Shown one piece after another: positions 19,968 through 29,154 of a stretch of DNA of 64,000 nt (the stretch's first letter is position 1; every line of letters starts with the position of its first letter). Under the pieces are notes generated by a model. That model made no database searches. It was not told where the DNA came from and worked only from the letters and a program-made list of their open reading frames with translations. Source of the stretch: Nitrospirota bacterium (GTDB lineage Bacteria; Nitrospirota; UBA9217); contig CAWBNQ010000005.1 of NCBI GenBank assembly GCA_963790205.1, positions 384,001 through 448,000 of the forward strand. The letters are read 5' to 3'. Position numbers and translations under genes: made by a program.

Positions 19968-20993
19968 TTATAATGAGGTTTTCTCATTCAATTCCTGGAG
20001 CTTCTTTTCCAGTTTCGTGATTGCCTTCTTGAGCTCCGGCAGTTTCGGCAGGACCGCCTGCACCTTGAGCCAGTCCCTGATCGGCATGGCGTTGAAGCCC
20101 GCGATGATCTGGCCCGCCTCCACGTCTTTGGTGATGACCGCCTTGCCGCCCGCCATGACCCGATCTCCCACGATTGTGTGGTCCGCCACTCCTGCCTGGC
20201 CTCCGAAAATCACGTAGTTCCCGAGCGTGCTGCTTCCGGCGATACCAACCTGGCCGGCGATCAGACAATGCTCGCCGATCGTAACATTGTGGGCGATATG
20301 CACCTGGTTATCGAGCTTGGTCCCCTGCTTTATCAGGGTATTCCCGAGAGTGGCCCGGTCGATTGAACAGTTGGCGCCTATCTCAACATCATCTTCGATG
20401 ATAACGCCGCCCACCTGCGGAATCTTATGATGTTTCCCGCCTTCGGTCACGAAACCGAACCCATCGCTGCCGATCACCGTGCCGGAGTGAATGATGACTC
20501 GCTTGCCCACGGTTATTTTGTGTCCGATGCTTACATTTGCGTAAATGACGGAGTCATCATCGATAACGGAATCCTGTCCCACGAACACCCCGGGATAGAT
20601 CGTGACGCGATTGCCGATCCGCACCTTGTCGGCGAGTACGGCAAAGGGATGAATCGAACAGTCCGTGCCGATCATAACGTCTTTCCCGACGGCGGTCCGG
20701 TCGCTGATGCCCGCAGGGCTGTATGGTTTTACATAAAAGAGCCCGATCGCGCGGGCGAAGGCAAGCCGGGGATTTTTTACCCGCAGCAGCGGCAAGGACA
20801 TATCCGGCGTATCCGTCGGCGCAAGGACCGCCGATGCCCGGGAATGTTCGAGCTCTTTAAGATAGTTCTTCCCCGTGATGAAGGTGATCTGCCCTTCACC
20901 TGCCTCGCGCACTCCCGCTGCGCCCGTAATCTCGGCATCCCCGGACCCCGACAATTCCGCGCCCAGAAGAACCGCCAAATCATTCAGCTTCAT
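19968..20993 (-). CDS. lpxD: UDP-3-O-acyl-glucosamine N-acyltransferase
   Basis: IGSDGFGF, KIPQVGGV, IDRATLG, KLDNQVHIAHN. Confidence 0.96.
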   Translation of the reverse strand: MKLNDLAVLLGAELSGSGDAEITGAAGVREAGEGQITFITGKNYLKELEHSRASAVLAPTDTPDMSLPLLRVKNPRLAFARAIGLFYVKPYSPAGISDRTAVGKDVMIGTDCSIHPFAVLADKVRIGNRVTIYPGVFVGQDSVIDDDSVIYANVSIGHKITVGKRVIIHSGTVIGSDGFGFVTEGGKHHKIPQVGGVIIEDDVEIGANCSIDRATLGNTLIKQGTKLDNQVHIAHNVTIGEHCLIAGQVGIAGSSTLGNYVIFGGQAGVADHTIVGDRVMAGGKAVITKDVEAGQIIAGFNAMPIRDWLKVQAVLPKLPELKKAITKLEKKLQELNEKTSL

Positions 20994-21029
20994 GATGATT
21001 CCCCGCCGCCGTAAGGAGCATTCTCCCCG

Positions 21030-21581
21030 CTATTTCTTGACCTCTTCCTTCTTGTCCATCTCGGTAATGAGCTTGTCGGTCAGATCGACGTCCTCATCGG
21101 CATACAGGACCGAGGGGACCTCGGCTTTCGACATAATGTTGATTGTCTTGTTCAAAACCATGGATACCTTTTCCTTTTTTGCGATCTCTTTCAGCACGGA
21201 AACCATCTGCTGGTTGAAGTTGTTCGACAGTTCTTCGTTCTTTTTGCTGATCTCGTTCGTGAATTCGGTACGTTCCTTTTCAAAATCGTTGATTTTGCTG
21301 CTGATAGTCTCTTCTTTTTCCTTTTGCGCCTTGTCGTTCAGCAGCTTCGCCTCTTTCTGTTTTTTGTAATCTTCCTGCAGCTTCTGGATCTCGTTGGCGT
21401 CAACGTCCAGTATCTTCTTGCGGCTCTCAAAGTATTCACGCACGACTGCCTGATACTGTTTGCCGAGCTTCGTTTTGTCAAAAACCGTCTGGGTATCAAC
21501 ATAGGCGATCTTGCCGCTCGATGCCAGTGCGCTTGACGCGATCAGGCCTATTACCGCAACCATCATTAAAATTTTTTTCAT
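21030..21581 (-). CDS. skp: Skp/OmpH periplasmic chaperone
   Basis: Signal peptide, KIAYVD, coiled coil, VLYAD..VDLTD; between bamA and lpxD. Confidence 0.9.
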   Translation of the reverse strand: MKKILMMVAVIGLIASSALASSGKIAYVDTQTVFDKTKLGKQYQAVVREYFESRKKILDVDANEIQKLQEDYKKQKEAKLLNDKAQKEKEETISSKINDFEKERTEFTNEISKKNEELSNNFNQQMVSVLKEIAKKEKVSMVLNKTINIMSKAEVPSVLYADEDVDLTDKLITEMDKKEEVKK

Positions 21582-21626
21582 TGAAGCCTCCTTGTTTTTC
21601 TGTTCATGTAAGTATGTTATCCCGCA

Positions 21627-24021
21627 TCACTGAAACAGCGTGCCGATTGAAAACTCGAACTCGCTTGCCTCGTCGGTAGGTTTTTTATGGATGATATAGC
21701 CCCACTCGAACTGGAGCGGACCGAGCGGCGAAAGCCACCAGAATCCCCAGCCCCAGGCGCTCCTTAAGTCCCGCAGACTTATCCGTGTCGGCTCGTCCGC
21801 CTGCCGGGAGAGGCCGTCGTCAAATGCGCGTCCCATGTCGTAGAAGATTACCCCTTTGAGCCGGGCGGCGGGGACCAGCGGAAAATTGTATTCTAAATTG
21901 AAAACAAGTTCCTTGTTGCCTCCCACACGGTTTCCGAACGGGTCTATGGGGCCCGCAGCGCCGTACCGGAAGCCGCGGACCGTTCCGCTGCCGCCGACAA
22001 AGAACCGTTCGCTGATCGGTATCGGTTTGTCGATCAAAGAACCGACGGAACCGACCCGGCCCCGGGCCATGAGCACCGTGTCCCAGAACATCGGGAAATA
22101 CCACGCCGTATCGGCCACGGACTTGATGAAACTGGGATCGCCCCCGAGCGGGCCTCCGGCGTATTCAACAAATATGGTGTTTCTCGAACCCCTCTTCGGG
22201 TCGAGGTAAAAATCCCGCGAGTCCCGTGTCAGGGACGCGGTGAGCGCGCTCGTGGTAATGAGTGTTCCATAATTGTCGAGCTGTTGCAGCAGCGCGAACG
22301 GCAATGGAGTGACGGTGATATTTTTTGCCTCCGACTGGTCCCAGCCGTAACGGATCGAACCGGAAAGAAATTCATCAAAGCTTTTGCCTGCGCCGAGGGC
22401 GAAACCGTTCGAGTAGAGCATGTAACCGTCGTACTGCTGTTCCTGGCGATAAACATCCACCCTTCCCCATACCGGTTTGTCGAAGAGATAAGGCTCCATA
22501 AAACTGGCCATCAGGACCTTATGCGTGCCGCCCCACTGTGTCTTGAATTTCAGCAGCTGGCCGCGGCCGCCGAGGTTCCCTTGCGTTATTTCGGCTATCC
22601 CCACGAGCTTGTCCACTGAACTGTAGCCGCCGCCCAGGCTCAACGTGCCGGTCATCTTTTCCTTGACCTTGACATTGAGGTCCATAACCGGTTCCTGCAG
22701 CCGGCGCTCAGGCACGATGTCCACCGTCTCGAAAAAGTTAAGGTTGTTGATCCGTTCATAGCTGCGTTTGATCGCTTTTTTGCTGTAAAGATCTCCCTCG
22801 TCCAGCCGCATCTCGCGCCGGATCACCTTGTCCCTGGTCTTGGAATTGCCGGTGATGTTGATCCTGCCGATCGTGATCTCGCCGCCCTCCTGGATGTCGA
22901 TGGTGATGGCGACGGTTTTCGTGCCCTGGTCGATGTTGAAAAGCGGCACCACGCTCGCAAAGGGCCGGGCGAGGCCGTCGTAGCGGTCCATGATCCTGTT
23001 CACATCCTGCCTGAGCACTTCCCTGCTGAAAATATCGCCCTGCTTGAGCTTGATCTCCTTTTCGAGCTCGCTGTCGGAAAGGATCGAGTTGCCCTTGAAG
23101 GTGACCGAGCCGACCCTGAACTGGTCGCCTTCCTTGATATTGATGCCCACGACGAGTTCGTCTTTCACCGTGAGCGGTCGTGAGCTTGCCGTAAACGTAA
23201 CGCTCTTCGTCGGGAAGCCATATCCGGGCGCGCCTCATCACTGTTTTTTGCGTGATGACCGGCTCATCCACCTGCACCTGAATGTAGCCCTTGTTGTAAT
23301 AGAGGTTCCTGATGGTCTCAAGGTCTTCCTTGAGCTCTTCCGTCCGCAGCGTGCCGCTCCGTCCGAGGAATGAAAAGAACCAGTGTTCCTGGGTCTTGAG
23401 CGGCTTCTTGATCTCGTCCGCCGATAAGGCCTTATTGCCGGTGATGACGATCTCCGACAGCTTTACCTTGTCCCCTTCTTCGATATAGAAAATGACATTC
23501 CGGTCGCCGCCCCGCAGCTCCGTGATCACCGGAACGACGACGGCGTCGTAGTAGCCGTCATCCTGGTATTTCAGCCGTATCTTTTCGGCAGTTTCCTGGA
23601 TGAGCTGGATATTAAACGCCGTCCGCGGAAGCAGGGTCATCCCCTCTTTCAGTTTCTCCGTGGACAGCTCGTCATTGCCTTCAAAGGTGATCTCGCGGAT
23701 GAGCGGTTTTTCCTTGACGGAAAAAATGACCTTGAGCCCGTTCTCAAACCCCTCGGTCTTGACCTGGACGTCTTCAAAGTGTCCGAGCTGATACAGCGTC
23801 TTGATGTCATCTTTGATCTGCGCCGGAGAGAAATTTTCTCCTGCTTTGGTTTTTATCTTGGCGAGAATCGTCGCCGTCTCTATCCGTTTGTTGCCTTGAA
23901 TTTCGAGCAGGGTGACCTTAGGTGTCTCTTCGGTTTTTGCAGGTTCTGCCGCTTTGGAAACCGTCTGCAGGGAAAGAAGCATGAGGGCGCACAATCCGGT
24001 AACAACGAGTTGTCTGACCAC
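21627..24021 (-). CDS. bamA: Outer membrane protein assembly factor BamA, frameshifted near 23170-23186 in this sequence
   Basis: N-terminal POTRA domains in ORF 22756-24021. Later POTRAs (GNSKTRDKVIRRE) and the barrel (VRGF, FEFSIGTLF) are in ORF 21627-23168. Confidence 0.93.
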
Positions 24022-24062
24022 TTTTCTTGACGACCTCCGCTATCCTCGACTAAGAACGGATT

Positions 24063-24091
24063 ACTATAGCATTTACAAGATGATGTGTAAA
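24063..24091 (-). promoter_or_regulatory. Sigma70-type promoter of the bamA-lpx operon
   Basis: TTTACA-17 bp-TATAGT with extended -10 TG. Confidence 0.6.
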
Positions 24092-24098
24092 CAAAAAT

Positions 24099-25229
24099 TT
24101 ATAAAGCGAGCCTCGCCAGGGCTTCATCTGCAAGCAAAAAACCTCTTTCCGTAAGCCTGATCCGTCCTTTCGATTCCTCGATCAGGCCGGCCTGGATCAG
24201 CGGAGCTGCATTCTTCTCAAGCAGCTGTACCAGACCGGCGCCGAAGACCCGTTCATAGCGCACCCGGTCCACGCCTTGGACCGTCCTGAGGCCGAGCATG
24301 ACCGTTTCGTTCGCGGCCTGCCGGAAGTTCGCGACTTCCCCGTCCTCAACGACAGACAGCCCTGCCTTCATCCGCAGGGAATATTCGCGCACATCGGCAA
24401 TGGCATGATATCTCTTTCCGGAGATAAACGACCACGCGCCGGGACCGAGCCCGAGGTACTCTCCCCGTTCCCAATAGTTCATGTTGTGACGGCACGTAAA
24501 ACCGGGCAGCGAGAAATTCGATATCTCATAACGGCTGTAGCCTGCGCGGCCCAGGTTCCTCACTGCGAGCTCATACAGGGCCGCCGCCTGTTCGTCCCCG
24601 GGCAGCGCAAACCTGCCTGCCTCGGTCTCTCTCCTGAACCGGGAGTTTTCATCGACAGACAGGCTGTATGCCGATACATGCTCGGGCTCAAGGCCCATTA
24701 CTCTCTTCAGCGTCTCGTTCCAGTCATCAGCGGTCTGACCCGGGACGCCGTATATAAGATCCATGCCGATATTGGCAAACCCCGCATTTCTCGCGAGATT
24801 GAAGGCATCAGCGGCCTCCGTGGCGCTGTGAACTCTTCCGAGGACCTTCAGAACATCATCGTTAAAAGACTGAACTCCCAGGCTCAGCCTGTTGACGCCC
24901 GCTTCCCGTAACAGGGTCAGCTGACCGTCTGAAACCGTGCCGGGATTTGCCTCAATCGTACATTCAGCATCCTGGGAAAGATGAAAATGCTTCTGTATGG
25001 CTGCGATGAGCCTCTCCAACTGGCCGGAGGAAAGTGTGGTCGGCGTCCCCCCGCCGATATACACGCTGTCGAATGTCCGGCCATTGAACGCATGCTGATA
25101 GTTTGCGGCCTCGATACGCAGGGCGGCGATATACTCATCTGCCTGCCGGAGAGTATAGGTCGTGGAATAAAAGCCACAGTAGTGGCATTTTCCAGCACAA
25201 AAGGGAACATGTATGTAAAGCGACAACAT
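24099..25229 (-). CDS. hemW: Radical SAM heme chaperone HemW
   Basis: LYIHVPFCAGKCHYC, GGGTPT, YEISNF, HNMNYW. Confidence 0.92.
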   Translation of the reverse strand: MLSLYIHVPFCAGKCHYCGFYSTTYTLRQADEYIAALRIEAANYQHAFNGRTFDSVYIGGGTPTTLSSGQLERLIAAIQKHFHLSQDAECTIEANPGTVSDGQLTLLREAGVNRLSLGVQSFNDDVLKVLGRVHSATEAADAFNLARNAGFANIGMDLIYGVPGQTADDWNETLKRVMGLEPEHVSAYSLSVDENSRFRRETEAGRFALPGDEQAAALYELAVRNLGRAGYSRYEISNFSLPGFTCRHNMNYWERGEYLGLGPGAWSFISGKRYHAIADVREYSLRMKAGLSVVEDGEVANFRQAANETVMLGLRTVQGVDRVRYERVFGAGLVQLLEKNAAPLIQAGLIEESKGRIRLTERGFLLADEALARLAL

Positions 25230-25327
25230 ATTGATTTATAATTATATATGCGCGACAAAGATAAAGCAGAACCGGCAACGGTGGGACTAAATGCAACCCC
25301 TATGCCATTGAGGGGAAGACGGGCTCT

Positions 25328-25786
25328 CTATGGTCTCGGGATCGTGATGATGAGCGCAGACTCATCGCAGTCGGGAAACTTGATGCAGTTGAGGCAGTCA
25401 GTCCATATTTTGTGCGGGAGCTCTTTCTTGTCAACGTCGATAAAACCCAATTTTCTGAAAAACCCGTCCTGGTAGGTCAGTACGAAGACCCTCTCGATCC
25501 GAAGATGGGCGGCTTCCGCCAGACAGTGCCTTACCAGTTCGGCGCCGATTCCCTGCTTCATCCTGTCCCGCCGGACTGCAAGCGACCGGATCTCGGCCAG
25601 TCCGTCCCAGCTCACGTGGAGCGCACAGACGCCGATGAGCGCGCTTTTTTCCTCGAACACGTGAAAATCGCGCAAATATTCATAAAGCTCGTTGAGGCTG
25701 CGGGGAAGCATCTGACCCGAGTCGGCAAACTGGTTAACGAGCGACTGGATCGCTTTCACGTCCGTTATGTTCGCCTTTCGTATCAT
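25328..25786 (-). CDS. argA: Short GNAT N-acetyltransferase, probable amino-acid N-acetyltransferase (ArgA-type)
   Basis: MLPRSLNELYE, LAEIRSLAV, LPHKIWTDCLNCIKFPDCDE. Confidence 0.78.
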   Translation of the reverse strand: MIRKANITDVKAIQSLVNQFADSGQMLPRSLNELYEYLRDFHVFEEKSALIGVCALHVSWDGLAEIRSLAVRRDRMKQGIGAELVRHCLAEAAHLRIERVFVLTYQDGFFRKLGFIDVDKKELPHKIWTDCLNCIKFPDCDESALIITIPRP

Positions 25787-25792
25787 AGGCAA

Positions 25793-25821
25793 AAACTACT
25801 ATGTTAAAGCGTCAAAGTCAA
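25793..25821 (-). promoter_or_regulatory. Sigma70-type promoter positioned for leaderless argA
   Basis: TTGACT-17 bp-TAGTTT, with the ATG 7 nt downstream of the -10. Confidence 0.5.
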
Positions 25822-26001
25822 TAAAAATAAAAAGGTAAAACAATGCCGGCCCATTCGCCGCTCCGCGCTCGTGGTTATGAGAAATGAGACGAAGTCACGT
25901 CACCGAACCCTGGCGGGCACCGGGCGCGCTTCAAACAAAAAAGAATCGCGCAAACAAGGCAATGGCGCTTCGGACGTTCGAATATTTTTCATACTTAGCT
26001 A

Positions 26002-26030
26002 TTGCTAAGAAAAAATCTTTCTGCTATATT
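26002..26030 (+). promoter_or_regulatory. Sigma70-type promoter for the Ig-domain lipoproteins
   Basis: TTGCTA-17 bp-TATATT with TG extension. Confidence 0.5.
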
Positions 26031-26179
26031 GCCAGTCAAAATTACAATGCAGGTTTCGATTGTGAGGGACCGTGAGGCTGCGGTAGAGAGCAAAAAGGCG
26101 TTTGTGGGCAAACAAATGCATCCACGACCTATGCTTTAATTTGCCGGTATGAACGCCGGGGTTTCAGGGGTAACAATGT

Positions 26180-26845
26180 ATGAATAAGTTCACGTCCAGT
26201 ATAGTATTAATAGTTATCGTTGCTCTATCCGCCGCCGGGTTGGGACTCACGGGATGTTCAAAGCAAAGCGGGAAATTGATACAGATTACGGTTACTCCTG
26301 CTGACACCATCATTCCTGCCGGGACGAATGGTCAATTTGAGGCTTATGCGATCTTTTCCGACGGAACCATGCTGAACTGGACGACGGCGGTAACCTGGAG
26401 CACCTCGAATGACACGGTGGCGACCATCAGCAATTCCCTGGGTTCATACGGTCTTGCGACGGCCCGCAGCTCCACGAGCACAAGCGCAACCGTAAACCCG
26501 ATTATAATTACCGCCACGGACACAGTAAACAACATCTCCGGTGCAGCAACCCTGAGGGTTACCGCTACCCCGTTCGTGTCCATTTCCGTGACTCCAATCA
26601 ACCTACTACTTGTTTCTGCCGGCACAACAACACAGTATCATGCAACAGGAATTTGTGCAGACGGTTCGTCGATTGATTTGACGTCGTTGGCGATTTGGAG
26701 TTCATCGAATGAAGCGGTTGCAACCGTCAACGATACCGGTGGTTCGAACGGTCTCGTCACTGCTGTTGCCGGCGGCACAACGAAGATCACGGCAAGAAGG
26801 CCCTCGGCAGGCGTATCGGGAAATACGTCGTTGTCGGTCCGCTGA
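26180..26845 (+). CDS. Lipoprotein with two bacterial Ig-like (Big_2) domains
   Basis: Lipobox LTGC; two repeats of I.VTP...W.SS...VATI/V...GL.TA. Confidence 0.85.
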   Translation: MNKFTSSIVLIVIVALSAAGLGLTGCSKQSGKLIQITVTPADTIIPAGTNGQFEAYAIFSDGTMLNWTTAVTWSTSNDTVATISNSLGSYGLATARSSTSTSATVNPIIITATDTVNNISGAATLRVTATPFVSISVTPINLLLVSAGTTTQYHATGICADGSSIDLTSLAIWSSSNEAVATVNDTGGSNGLVTAVAGGTTKITARRPSAGVSGNTSLSVR

Positions 26846-26964
26846 AACAATCGTCAGTTCGCCCGCGCAGCTTGGTATGGGCAACAACTTTTTCACTGCT
26901 CTTCGCGCGCATTCGCCGTGGAGGCTCTGCAGGAGATTTTTCAGGATATCGGGGGTTTTAGATT

Positions 26965-28938
26965 ATGCGTAAGGTTTCTTTTCTCTCGCCATTATGGCTG
27001 CTCTCATTCCTCGTTCTTTCCTCATGCGGCGGACATGGTGGCGGGACCGCCGGACTTTCTCTTCTGTACTCGATCGCGGTAACGCCCGCGGGGAGCGCGG
27101 GGGCTCAGGGCTCGTCGCCGGGGATAGTAATCTCGCCTGGGACGTCGCTTCACTATATTGCGACCGGCGAATATACAGATGGCACGACGCAGGACATTAC
27201 ATCCGAGGTAGCCTGGAGCGTGAACACCCCGGATGCAACCATCAGTAACGATCCGGGATATCGGGGACTTCTTACGGCCTTGAGCACAGGGAGTACAAGC
27301 ACGATAAGGGTAACGGCCACGTTGGATGGTATAACCGGCAGCGCCACCCTGTCCATAAATTCGCCCACAAGTCCTGCACGGGGAAACAGCTGGACAATTA
27401 GATCATTTGGCAACTCTCTTCTTGGCATTGGTCTCGGCGTTGGTTCAAGCGGCACACAGTTCGTGGCAACCGGGCAGGGCGGAATCATTCTCACCTCCCC
27501 CACCGGGACCTTATGGACACACCAGACCTCAGGGACCACGGAATATCTGTGGGACGCAGCGAGCAGCGGAACAAAAAATGTTGTAGTCGGCTCCAATGGA
27601 ACAATCCTCACCTCCTCCACCGGGACCTCATGGACTCCTCAAACCTCGGGCACTTCACACTACCTCTGGAGCGTTGCCTGGTCAGGGGGAACTCAGTTTG
27701 TAGCTGTTGGCGAGGCAGGAACCATCCTCACTTCCGCCGACAACGGAGGAAGTTGGACGCTAAATACCTCAGTAACGGGTACCTTCAGTACTAATAATCT
27801 TAATGGAGTGACATGTGACAATTCTGGCAACTGCGTAGCTGCAGGCCAGAATAACACTCTTCTCTACACCTCCGGTGGAGGCGGAGGAATATGGCAACAG
27901 GGAACTTTGCCGAGCACGATGTCTTCAAAATATCTTTGGGGCGTTGCCTATGGAACCCCCTACTCAATCGGGACTTTTGTAGCAGTGGGCTCAAACGGCA
28001 CGATCCTCTATTCTACAAACGGCACGAATTGGACAAAGATCACCTCGGGCACGTCATTGTATCTTGATCGCGTTACCTGGTCAGGTTCTCAGTTTGTAGC
28101 GGTAGGACAGGACGGCATTATTCTCACCTCTCCTGATGGTAGTACGTGGACTCACCAAACGTCAGACACGAATCAATTCCTCTGGGGCGTTGCCTGGTCC
28201 GGCACGCGGTTCGCTGCAGTGGGTTTGAACGGCGTCATCACTTCGTCCCCGAACGGCGTAACCTGGACAAGAACGTCTTCGGCAACGACAGACAATATAA
28301 ATAGTGTTGCCTGGTCCGGGACGGAGTTTGCGGCAGTTGGCGACGGCGGCACAGTACTCACCTCACCCACAGGATCGGCGTGGACCCTGGAGAGTTCCGG
28401 AACGACGACCAACCTGAACGGCGTCGCCGCATTGGGTACCACACAGGGTCTGCAGTTCGTAGCCGTGGGCAATGGCGGCACCATCATCACCTCGCCTATA
28501 GTGTCTTCGCCTACATGGACAACGCAGACATCAGGGATTTCAAATAGCCTGTACGGTATTGCATCGAACTGGTTCCCCAAGCAGCCGTTGCCCGGATCGC
28601 CTCTGTACGTGGCGGTGGGAGTTGGCGGCACCATCATTACCTCTACCGACGGCGTAAACTGGGCAACGCCTGCACCTCCAGGTTCAGGCACTACAAATAC
28701 CCTGAACGGCATTGCATGGTCCGGAACAGAGTTCGTAGCGGTGGGAGACAGCGGCACCATCATCACTTCAAGCGACAACGGAGCAACTTGGCAGATACCT
28801 ACGTTTGTACCTCCCGCATTAGGGACAAATAACCTGAACAGCATTGCATGGTCCGGAACAGAATTCGTCGCAGCGGTAGCCGATGGCAGCTACCTCACCG
28901 CTGGTTCCGACGGCTCAACGTGGACACAGACGCCATAA
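26965..28938 (+). CDS. Lipoprotein with one Big_2 domain plus ~12 BNR/YCF48-like beta-propeller repeats
   Basis: Lipobox LSSC; repeats of the type WSGTEFVAVGDSGTIITS.DG..W. Confidence 0.82.
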   Translation: MRKVSFLSPLWLLSFLVLSSCGGHGGGTAGLSLLYSIAVTPAGSAGAQGSSPGIVISPGTSLHYIATGEYTDGTTQDITSEVAWSVNTPDATISNDPGYRGLLTALSTGSTSTIRVTATLDGITGSATLSINSPTSPARGNSWTIRSFGNSLLGIGLGVGSSGTQFVATGQGGIILTSPTGTLWTHQTSGTTEYLWDAASSGTKNVVVGSNGTILTSSTGTSWTPQTSGTSHYLWSVAWSGGTQFVAVGEAGTILTSADNGGSWTLNTSVTGTFSTNNLNGVTCDNSGNCVAAGQNNTLLYTSGGGGGIWQQGTLPSTMSSKYLWGVAYGTPYSIGTFVAVGSNGTILYSTNGTNWTKITSGTSLYLDRVTWSGSQFVAVGQDGIILTSPDGSTWTHQTSDTNQFLWGVAWSGTRFAAVGLNGVITSSPNGVTWTRTSSATTDNINSVAWSGTEFAAVGDGGTVLTSPTGSAWTLESSGTTTNLNGVAALGTTQGLQFVAVGNGGTIITSPIVSSPTWTTQTSGISNSLYGIASNWFPKQPLPGSPLYVAVGVGGTIITSTDGVNWATPAPPGSGTTNTLNGIAWSGTEFVAVGDSGTIITSSDNGATWQIPTFVPPALGTNNLNSIAWSGTEFVAAVADGSYLTAGSDGSTWTQTP

Positions 28939-29070
28939 AACGCGGACCAATGATTTTTACATCGCTTATCGCGAAAGTTCCACTGCATTGATCGTTGCGA
29001 CCTCTGCAGCAGCTTATTTTTTTGTCATGTGCGCTCCAAAAGACGTTCCAACCCCCTGACAAAAGTGCTC

Positions 29071-29100
29071 TTGACTTTAAGAGTCTGATTGGAGTATATT
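29071..29100 (+). promoter_or_regulatory. Putative clpC promoter
   Basis: TTGACT-18 bp-TATATT; small IR CTCTT-N6-AAGAG over the -35. Confidence 0.45.
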
Positions 29101-29154
29101 TTAAACAGGTAAGCGTATTGCAATGCATCTTTGAAGGCGGTTACCAAAAACATG

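Noticed and set aside
26040..26179. c-di-GMP riboswitch in the Ig-lipoprotein leader (GGCAAAC present)
   Set aside because: Lacks the GAAA-tetraloop stem and downstream GCAAAG/receptor elements.
28693..28871. Possible DGR template/variable repeat pair, since all 4 mismatches involve A
   Set aside because: Both copies are in-frame protein repeats, the A is not always in the same copy, and no reverse transcriptase is in the window.
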